Translations under genes and position numbers: made by a program
Shown: positions 8,895 through 16,225 of the stretch, piece after piece
Layout: every line of letters begins with the position of its first letter
Numbering within the stretch: the first letter of the stretch is position 1
Source: an uncultured Alphaproteobacteria bacterium
GTDB lineage: Bacteria > Pseudomonadota > Alphaproteobacteria > HIMB59 > GCA-002718135
DNA: 64,000 bases
Assembly (NCBI GenBank): GCA_902597795.1
Contig: CACJZA010000004.1
Location: forward strand, 26,409-90,408
Direction of reading: 5' to 3'
Notes under the pieces: generated by a model
Databases searched by the model: none
What the model was told of the DNA's origin: nothing
Seen by the model: only the letters and a program-made list of their open reading frames with translations

Positions 8895-9668
8895 TTACTT
8901 TTCTAGAAAGGCTCTATAGTTGAATAATTCAAAATTAAACTCTCCAATAATATTAATATATTTTCTATAGAAATTAGTTTTAGACCTTTTTGTAACTCCA
9001 TGTATGGAATATGGTGAATTTAGAAACATAACTAGTCTGTTTTTTTTATATTCTATTTCTTCTATTAAATTTACATTATTTTCTCTTACTCTAGATTTTC
9101 CATAAAAGCTTGGTTTATCCTTAAAGGAGTAAGTTGTAAGATTGCCACCTTCAGAATTATCATCTTTATCTTTCATATATAAGAGTGCAGCGTAAAACTC
9201 TACCGGATTATCCAAATGGGGCTCAATTACTTTAGTTTCTCCACTTGTGGGAGTATTTATAACAAACTGGCAATCTAGATTAAAATAGTTAGGCTTTTCA
9301 AACCTAACACCTATATTATTTTCATTAAATAATTTTTCTTTTTCCGCTTTATAAATTTTTTTTATAGATTGACCAAAAATATCATAAAATTCTTCTAAAA
9401 AACTATAACTCGTATGATACTTTATAAATTCTTTCCATTGATTGCTTATCTCATTATCTCTTAGAGAATTTAAAGCATTGTATCTATATGCAAAATTTTC
9501 TTTATATTCACTGTTACCTATAATTTTTTCATTTTTAGGAAAACTACTGCTAAGCTCCTCATAAAGGTCTGATGGTAAAGCATCATCAATAATTACATAG
9601 GGAAATTTTTCAAATTTAAATTTTATATTATTTTTATTTTGTAAAACACTATACATTTTAATTAACAA
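8895..9668 (-). CDS. putative 2OG-Fe(II) oxygenase-like protein (canonical HxD...H)
   Basis: 257 aa. IEPHLDNP followed about 70 residues later by SPYSIHGVT gives a His-x-Asp ... His spacing typical of the double-stranded beta-helix oxygenase facial triad. No other recognisable motifs were found. Confidence 0.4.
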   Translation of the reverse strand: MLIKMYSVLQNKNNIKFKFEKFPYVIIDDALPSDLYEELSSSFPKNEKIIGNSEYKENFAYRYNALNSLRDNEISNQWKEFIKYHTSYSFLEEFYDIFGQSIKKIYKAEKEKLFNENNIGVRFEKPNYFNLDCQFVINTPTSGETKVIEPHLDNPVEFYAALLYMKDKDDNSEGGNLTTYSFKDKPSFYGKSRVRENNVNLIEEIEYKKNRLVMFLNSPYSIHGVTKRSKTNFYRKYINIIGEFNFELFNYRAFLEK

Positions 9669-9735
9669 TTATTTTTATCAAATATCAGATATGAATTTAT
9701 TTATAAAGCATCTAATTAGTTTATAATAATTAATT

Positions 9736-10497
9736 ATGGAAAAACCAATAGTTATTTATACTGATCATATAATGAATAGAACACTTTGTTTTAATTTTGC
9801 CAAAGGATCAAACTCTTTAATGTGTCATGTTAATGATTTTAAGGATTACAGCAAAACTATAGCCACTTATGGAGTATTGCGAGGAACACTCGAAGTTATA
9901 AAAAAAGTACAAAACTTCTACTATATAGATCATGGTTATTTCAATCAATCTGGTCGATCCTTTAAAAACAAACGTACTAAAGTTTTTAATCTCAATGGGT
10001 ATTTTAGAATAGTGTTTAATAATTTCGTTCATAATGGACTTGGACAATATCCTGATGACAGATTAAAAAAACTGAATTTAAAATTTATGAAACAAAAAAA
10101 AACCGGGAGATATATTATACTCTCTGAGCCATCTGAAACCATGAAAAAAGTTTATAATGTTCCTAAATGGACAGACGATACTATAAAATTAGTTAAAAAA
10201 TATACTGATAGAAAAATAATTATACATAACAAGTTTTCCAAAGAACCCTTACAAGTATTATTGAATAACGCTTGGGCATTTGTGAGCTTACAATCAACTG
10301 CTGGATTTATGGCAATGTTAAATGGTGTCCCTTCCTTTTTTACTGATGAAACTTTAAAACATATAGGAAAAATAAAAGATATTGAAAAACCTATTATTAA
10401 TTATAATATTTTTAATAATTTGGCTTATGGTCAGTGGACTCTTAAAGAGATAGAATCAGGAGAAGCTTGGGAAAATATTTCAAATAATATTTTTTAA
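9736..10497 (+). CDS. hypothetical protein, possibly glycosyltransferase-fold (KpsS/capsule-transferase-like C-terminus)
   Basis: 253-aa ORF that fills its spacer exactly. The only hint of function is the C-terminal VSLQSTAGFMAMLNGVPSFF, which resembles the donor-binding end of GT-B/capsule polysaccharide transferases. The function call is weak. Confidence 0.3.
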   Translation: MEKPIVIYTDHIMNRTLCFNFAKGSNSLMCHVNDFKDYSKTIATYGVLRGTLEVIKKVQNFYYIDHGYFNQSGRSFKNKRTKVFNLNGYFRIVFNNFVHNGLGQYPDDRLKKLNLKFMKQKKTGRYIILSEPSETMKKVYNVPKWTDDTIKLVKKYTDRKIIIHNKFSKEPLQVLLNNAWAFVSLQSTAGFMAMLNGVPSFFTDETLKHIGKIKDIEKPIINYNIFNNLAYGQWTLKEIESGEAWENISNNIF

Positions 10498-10503
10498 ATG
10501 TCC

Positions 10504-11106
10504 CTAATTAGATTTAGCTTGAATTGTGATATTAAAACTGACTACAATCCTTTCTTCATTAGAAAGATTTTCATTAACTGAATGATCAAGATAACTAGGA
10601 AACAATACTAGCGCTCCTTCTTTTGGACTAATTCCATTTACTTGAGCATTAAGAATATTTGGACTTTCCGCTTTAGGATATGAATAAACAGGAGCTGGTC
10701 TAGGATCATAAAATACAATATCTCCTGAATTTTTAGGTGCTCGAACATAATATGCACCACTTATGGTGCTATTTCCATGTTGATGCCTCAGGTTTCCTGA
10801 ACCACCTTTATTTATTATAGCCCACATATTATTTATATTTATTTTTTGACTTAATTTTTCCCATTTCATATCTGTTAATACTTTTTCTATAGAAGGGGAT
10901 ATAAAAGATATGAAATTTCTAGGACTATTTTCCTGAAGATTAAAATCTTTTGAGTGCCAACCTTTAACATTGCTTTTATAAATTCCTTTTTTGTCATTTG
11001 ATTGTAAGTTCTTGATAAATTGATACATAAGTTCATTTACTGATTTATAATTTTCCATTTGCAAAGTCCAAACTGGGGTTGGAAAAAAAAGATTTGGTTT
11101 GTTCAT
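10504..11106 (-). CDS. putative Fe(II)/2-oxoglutarate oxygenase, uncharacterised family (PF13759/TIGR02466-like), paralog 3
   Basis: 200 aa. Start NLFFPTPVW. Motifs: LRHQHGNSTISGAYYV and LFPSYLDHSVNEN. Confidence 0.6.
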   Translation of the reverse strand: MNKPNLFFPTPVWTLQMENYKSVNELMYQFIKNLQSNDKKGIYKSNVKGWHSKDFNLQENSPRNFISFISPSIEKVLTDMKWEKLSQKININNMWAIINKGGSGNLRHQHGNSTISGAYYVRAPKNSGDIVFYDPRPAPVYSYPKAESPNILNAQVNGISPKEGALVLFPSYLDHSVNENLSNEERIVVSFNITIQAKSN

Positions 11107-11177
11107 ACTATATATTTATATTAATTTATTAGTTCAGTAAACAAATCAAAATACATAGAATATAAGTAAAGTCTTAA

Positions 11178-11327
11178 TTATTTTAATTTAAAATATCTTT
11201 TAACTATTCTTATTGTTTTTAATATTCTATCATGATGTTGATGAAAATTTTTTCTCCCTGAAGTAATTTTAGGATTATATTTAATTAGTTTATTAATATA
11301 ATCAGGTATTTTTATTTTATTACTCAA
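11178..11327 (-). CDS. possible small basic protein (49 aa), TTG start overlapping the purH stop
   Basis: Hand translation of the minus strand gives (TTG)MSNKIKIPDYINKLIKYNPKITSGRKNFHQHHDRILKTIRIVKRYFKLK-stop. It would fill most of an otherwise unusually long 217-nt spacer. It is too short for the ORF track and I recognise no family. Coordinates are hand-derived. Confidence 0.2.
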   Translation of the reverse strand: MSNKIKIPDYINKLIKYNPKITSGRKNFHQHHDRILKTIRIVKRYFKLK

Positions 11328-12241
11328 TGTTTAAAAAGTCTGTGTTTTATAAAATATAATGATATTTTATGTTTGTATGAAAATGAGATTATTTTTTTAT
11401 CATTTATAGATCCGCTTGGTTGTGCAATAGTTTTACAACCATTTTTTTTAAGCAAATGTAAGCTATCTGTAAAAGGAAAAAATCCATCAGAAGCACAAAC
11501 AAATATTTTTTTTTTAAAATATTTATTCATATTATGTATGGCAAATTTTAGAGCATCCACCCTATTAGTTTGACCATGCCCTAAACCAACAGTTTGTTTA
11601 TTATTACATAAGACAACCGCATTAGACTTTAAATGCTTTGCCACTTTTAAAGCAAATACTAAATCCTCTATAGATTTCAACGAAGCTTTTTTTTCGGAAA
11701 CTAATTTAATAAAATTTTTATTAATTGCTATCAAATCTTTAGTTTGATACAGGTTTCCAAAAAGTGTAGATTTGTATTCAGTAGTTTGTTTATTTAAAAT
11801 TGGATACTTTAATAAAATTAAGTTTCTTTTCTTTTGCAATAAACTTAATGCTTGTTTATCAAAACCTGGCGCAACTACCATTTCAAAAAATGTTTCGAAA
11901 ATTAACTTTGACAAACTTAAACTTACTTTTCTATTTAAAAAAATTATACCTCCAAATGCACTTTTGGGATCACTCTGATATGATTTTAAAAATGCATTAT
12001 TAATATTATTAGCCGATGCTACACCACAAGGGTTTGTATGTTTTATAATAATTGATGTAGGTTCTTTAAATTCCGCTAAACATTTCAAACCACTATCGAG
12101 ATCAACTAAATTATTATAACTTATCTGTTTACCATTAAGTTGATATTCAAAAATACTTTTTTTAGAGTTACTTATTAAATATGCATTTTGATTTGGATTT
12201 TCACCATATCTAAGTTTAATTTTTTTAATAGTTTTCTTCAT
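11324..12241 (-). CDS. purH: AICAR formyltransferase domain of PurH (C-terminal half, encoded as a separate ORF)
   Basis: 305 aa. LRYGENPNQ and KHTNPCG are hallmark AICARFT blocks. It starts in the linker region of canonical bifunctional PurH. Confidence 0.85.
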   Translation of the reverse strand: MKKTIKKIKLRYGENPNQNAYLISNSKKSIFEYQLNGKQISYNNLVDLDSGLKCLAEFKEPTSIIIKHTNPCGVASANNINNAFLKSYQSDPKSAFGGIIFLNRKVSLSLSKLIFETFFEMVVAPGFDKQALSLLQKKRNLILLKYPILNKQTTEYKSTLFGNLYQTKDLIAINKNFIKLVSEKKASLKSIEDLVFALKVAKHLKSNAVVLCNNKQTVGLGHGQTNRVDALKFAIHNMNKYFKKKIFVCASDGFFPFTDSLHLLKKNGCKTIAQPSGSINDKKIISFSYKHKISLYFIKHRLFKH

Positions 12242-12830
12242 TAATCCATTTTGAAATTAATTTATCGTATTTTGAAGTTTCTCTAAAAATTTTACTTGCC
12301 ATTTTTTTTCGAAACAAAATATCAGTTACGCCATTATTTTTTTCTAAGTTGTTTATTAATTTTTTATAATCATCTAAATGAATAATCGGAGTGACATACT
12401 GAAAATTTTTACTTGCCGCTCTTAATAAACTAGGCCCTCCAATATCAATCATTTCCAAAATTTTACTATAACTGTCTTTTTTTAAAAATTTTTCAAATGG
12501 ATACAAATTTACAACAACAATGTCTATAATAGGCATATTCAATGATTCAAATTGTTTGATGTGATTTATATTGTCTCTTATATAAAGTATAGAGCTGTAT
12601 ATAAGTGGATTAAGTGTTTTAACTCTACCTTCAAATAATTCTTTGAATTTAGTTAATTTTGATATGTCTTTGCATTGAAATCCCATACTTCTAATTTTAT
12701 TTCCTGTTGAACCTGTTGATATAAAATTATAATTATGTTTGTTTAAATTTGAACACAGGTATTTTAAATTTTTTTTATCAAATACAGAAATCAAAGCGTA
12801 TTTTTTTTTTAAATTTTTTCTAATGACCAT
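12225..12830 (-). CDS. purH: IMP cyclohydrolase (MGS-like) domain of PurH (N-terminal half, encoded as a separate ORF)
   Basis: 201 aa. ALISVFDKK, STGSTG, GRVKTLNP, VVVNLYPF and IDIGGPSLLRAASKN are the conserved IMPCH blocks. The stop overlaps the start of the AICARFT ORF by 17 nt in another frame. Confidence 0.85.
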   Translation of the reverse strand: MVIRKNLKKKYALISVFDKKNLKYLCSNLNKHNYNFISTGSTGNKIRSMGFQCKDISKLTKFKELFEGRVKTLNPLIYSSILYIRDNINHIKQFESLNMPIIDIVVVNLYPFEKFLKKDSYSKILEMIDIGGPSLLRAASKNFQYVTPIIHLDDYKKLINNLEKNNGVTDILFRKKMASKIFRETSKYDKLISKWINEENY

Positions 12831-14335
12831 TTTTTAATAACTTTTTTATCAGATAATACACCCTTTATAACTATTTGTTTAGTAGGTTTTGTGATGTTAT
12901 TATCTACAATTATACTATCTTCAACAATTAATTCTAAATCACTTTTAAATAACCAAATATTATTTAATTTTGTTTTAAGAATTATATTTTTTTTATTATT
13001 AGTAAAATTATAAATAATATTTTCTGCAAGATGAAATCTAATATGATAAATTATTCTATTATTTATACCTCTATAAGAAATAAAACTATCCTCGCCTGTT
13101 AATTTATTATTTCCTTTATTAATTATTAATTTTCTTTTTATTATTTTGTTAAATTTCTTTAAATATCCATTGTGAGAACCTTCAAATATTTCTTCTTTTT
13201 GATTACTTTCTTTTCTAAAAACTACTGATTGAGGGAAATTCAGGTGTGGGTTCCCTTCTTTTATTTCACTTATATTTGTATTTTGCAAAATTATAGTTGA
13301 GTGAGCAGCACTATATCTTAAATATTCTGGGTTTTTCCCAAAGCTTTCGGATGCTCCACAGTTCGTAAAAATTTTTTCACCAAATCCACTCAATTCGATG
13401 GATAAAGTACCTGCACTTAAATTTGAGCTTATTACATCTTTGTTAGGTTGAACAACATCAAAAAAAATTGTTCTGTTCTTATCAGAATAAAAAGCAATTC
13501 CATTTTCTACATTATCAAACTTTCTTCTTATTACATAATTTTCCTTATTCAGTGAGTCATAAATTTTTTTTGTATAAATATTATTTGATCCATTAAATAG
13601 AGGAATACTTCCATCTTTATGAAAATATTCATTTAATATTGACGTCATTTTTAATATTAAATCATCAAAAATATTTGCTTCATTAATTTTAAAAAAAAGT
13701 AAAATATTTTTGAGTTCTCTTAAGTTATTTATAAATTTTGCATGCTCTAAAACATTAAAACTTTTGTGCATTCCTAACTTATCAATTTGATTATCAATTA
13801 TTTTTTTTACCATTTTAATTTTATTTATGTTTATTTTCCTAACTATTAAATTTGATAATAAATACGCAAGAATATCAAATGTGGTAATTTCATTTGTTTT
13901 TTTTGTATTGAAATCTAATAATATTCTTTGGATATGAAAATAAATTATGAAGTCTAGTCTTTTTTTATCATCTTTATTTGAGGAAGAATTTATATATTCA
14001 TAATTATATAGAAGATTTATTAATCTTTTAGATGATAAATCTTCAGACCAGGGAAATCCAAGTTTATTTTTATTTATCAGAAACCAACCATGAATAGCTT
14101 CTTTTGATACACTTATTCCTATTTTACCACCAAGTTTTTTTGAAAAATTTAAAAAATCGAAATTATGAATATTTTTATTTTTAAAAAATTTTTTTTTAAA
14201 AATGAAATTTTTTATTTGATTATAGTTTGTAAAATCAATTTTTTTAAAATTCAGATCAATATACGATAAATCATTTTTTTTTCTTAATTTAAAAATAATA
14301 AATATATGTATTATTTTTCTAATTATTAAAATCAT
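12809..14335 (-). CDS. heparinase II/III-like family protein (function unknown)
   Basis: 508 aa. The C-terminal region (LSIELSGFGEKIFTNCGA ... YSAAHSTIILQN) resembles the heparinase II/III C-terminal domain. As far as I recall, a gene of this family sits between rsmB and purH in many alphaproteobacteria. Confidence 0.5.
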   Translation of the reverse strand: MILIIRKIIHIFIIFKLRKKNDLSYIDLNFKKIDFTNYNQIKNFIFKKKFFKNKNIHNFDFLNFSKKLGGKIGISVSKEAIHGWFLINKNKLGFPWSEDLSSKRLINLLYNYEYINSSSNKDDKKRLDFIIYFHIQRILLDFNTKKTNEITTFDILAYLLSNLIVRKININKIKMVKKIIDNQIDKLGMHKSFNVLEHAKFINNLRELKNILLFFKINEANIFDDLILKMTSILNEYFHKDGSIPLFNGSNNIYTKKIYDSLNKENYVIRRKFDNVENGIAFYSDKNRTIFFDVVQPNKDVISSNLSAGTLSIELSGFGEKIFTNCGASESFGKNPEYLRYSAAHSTIILQNTNISEIKEGNPHLNFPQSVVFRKESNQKEEIFEGSHNGYLKKFNKIIKRKLIINKGNNKLTGEDSFISYRGINNRIIYHIRFHLAENIIYNFTNNKKNIILKTKLNNIWLFKSDLELIVEDSIIVDNNITKPTKQIVIKGVLSDKKVIKKWSLEKI

Positions 14336-15600
14336 TTTATTTTCTTAAGATATGCTGCAAAATATCCATCTATATTTTTTTCTAAGACATTGTCAGGAAA
14401 AGTTAACATATAATTCTTATCTATAAATCTTGAAAAACTATTAAATTCTTTTTTTAATTTAAAATTAAAAAGAACGAAATTATCATTTTTTTTTAGAAAA
14501 TTTTCGATTTGGTCAAAAGTTTCACATTTCAAAAACGAACAAGTCATGTAAATTATAAATCCATTTTTCAGTAGTAAGCGAGATGCTTTTTTTAACATAT
14601 TTTCTTGTAAAACATTTAATTCTTCAAGATTTGGAGCATTTTTTTTAAAAAAAATTTCTGGGTTTTTTCTAATTGTTCCAACTGATGAACATGGAGCATC
14701 TAAAATTATAGTGTCAAATTTTTGATCCTCTTTAAATTTTAAAAAATCTTTATTTTTTATTTCTGGATTATATCTTAAGCGATCTAAATTAGATTTAAGA
14801 ATTTTAATCCTATTTTTGCTTTTATCATTTAAAATAATTTTTATATTCCTAGATAGAATTTGAAAAGCTTTTCCTCCTGGCGCTGAACATGCGTCCAATA
14901 ATTTATTTTTTTTATTTTTTATCTCAAAATTATGTAATGGAAAAAATGAAGAAAAATCCTGTACCCACCAATCACCTCTAATAAAAGATTTTTTTTCTGT
15001 AATATTTTTTTTATTTAAAAGAAAACCCGATATTGATGAAGTTTTAATTAAATCATCTTCAAATAAGTTTAATGATTTAATATTTTTGAAAACTATATGA
15101 ATGTCTGGTTCTTTATAAAAATTCTTAAGAAATCTTTTTTTCTCAATATTTGTTATTGAATAAGTTTTTTCTTTAAACCATAAAGGTAAATCGTCATATG
15201 TAATTTTAATTTCTTTTAACTCTAATTTATTTTTAGCAATATTTTTCAAGCTTGCATTAATAAGACCAGGGTAAAGTTTTAATTTCTTCGCAATTTGAAC
15301 GGAGCAATTTATTACAGCATATTCTTTGAAATTTAAAAAAACAATTTGTGTAATTGCACTTATGAGCAATATCTTTTCATGATCTCTAATTTTCTTTTTT
15401 ATATATTTATCAATAATTTTTAAAGTATGTAGATGATATCTCATTGAGGCTAATGTCACATTTATCAAAAAAGCAATATCCTCTTTTTTATTTTCTTCTA
15501 TTTTTTTTTTTATTCTAAGATCGTTTAAATTTTTATTAAATCTAAATATAGAAAACAATATTTTATGAATTTCATATCTTATTTTTTCTCCCTGTATCAT
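14332..15600 (-). CDS. rsmB: 16S rRNA (cytosine-C5)-methyltransferase RsmB/Sun
   Basis: 422 aa. It has an N-terminal NusB-like region, then LDACSAPGGK (SAM motif) and ILDAPCSSVGTIRKNPE (catalytic Cys motifs). Confidence 0.8.
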   Translation of the reverse strand: MIQGEKIRYEIHKILFSIFRFNKNLNDLRIKKKIEENKKEDIAFLINVTLASMRYHLHTLKIIDKYIKKKIRDHEKILLISAITQIVFLNFKEYAVINCSVQIAKKLKLYPGLINASLKNIAKNKLELKEIKITYDDLPLWFKEKTYSITNIEKKRFLKNFYKEPDIHIVFKNIKSLNLFEDDLIKTSSISGFLLNKKNITEKKSFIRGDWWVQDFSSFFPLHNFEIKNKKNKLLDACSAPGGKAFQILSRNIKIILNDKSKNRIKILKSNLDRLRYNPEIKNKDFLKFKEDQKFDTIILDAPCSSVGTIRKNPEIFFKKNAPNLEELNVLQENMLKKASRLLLKNGFIIYMTCSFLKCETFDQIENFLKKNDNFVLFNFKLKKEFNSFSRFIDKNYMLTFPDNVLEKNIDGYFAAYLKKIK

Positions 15601-15670
15601 TATTACAAAATATCTATTATTTATTTAAATTAATTATATAATAAATTATTTAAATAAAATATATTGACTT

Positions 15671-16222
15671 ATGCGTGGTAATCTAGAAACAATTGTAGGA
15701 GCAATGTTTGCTGGCAAAACTAGTGAATTATTAAAAAGAATACTTTGGGCAAAACATCAAAATAAAAAAATTATAGTAATTAAACCTAGCATTGATAATA
15801 GATACTCAAACGAAAAAATCATAACACATAATGACTTAAGTCATGAATGTTACGCTATGACTGATTGGTTAACAACACTTGAGAACTTTGTTTTCGAAAA
15901 AAACCAAGTCGACATTGTTTTCCTAGATGAAATTCAGTTTATGGATACAAAAGACACACTTAAAAATGTCGAAACAATTTTAAGTAAAGGTATAGATGTA
16001 GTGTGTGCAGGGCTAGATCAAGATTCAAGAGGGAAGCCTTGGGAGACTTCGTCAATGTTACTTGGTTTATCTGATAAAATATTAAAAATTTATGGTTTTT
16101 GTAACGTTTGCGGCTTAGAGGCAACTAAAACCTATAGAAAAACACAAGGAGGTGAGAGGACTCAAGTAGGCGCAGCAAATATTTATGAACCAAGATGCCT
16201 CAAACATTGGGAGCCTAGGTAA
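15671..16222 (+). CDS. tdk: thymidine kinase
   Basis: 183 aa. P-loop GAMFAGKTSELL, the FLDEIQF block, and C-terminal zinc-ribbon cysteines CNVCG ... EPRCLKH. Confidence 0.9.
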   Translation: MRGNLETIVGAMFAGKTSELLKRILWAKHQNKKIIVIKPSIDNRYSNEKIITHNDLSHECYAMTDWLTTLENFVFEKNQVDIVFLDEIQFMDTKDTLKNVETILSKGIDVVCAGLDQDSRGKPWETSSMLLGLSDKILKIYGFCNVCGLEATKTYRKTQGGERTQVGAANIYEPRCLKHWEPR

Positions 16223-16225
16223 AAT

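Noticed and set aside
463-11323. Prophage or integrative element inserted at tRNA-Gly
   Set aside because: No integrase, excisionase, transposase, or phage structural or replication genes are present. I found no second tRNA-derived repeat at the purH-proximal end. Only the short decayed repeat at 566-589 hints at past integration.
12809-14335. Calling the heparinase II/III-like protein a polysaccharide lyase linked to the surface-glycan island
   Set aside because: As far as I recall, the gene sits in the conserved rsmB-purH context seen in many alphaproteobacteria and is translationally coupled to core genes. Only family-level similarity is visible, so no functional link to the island is justified.
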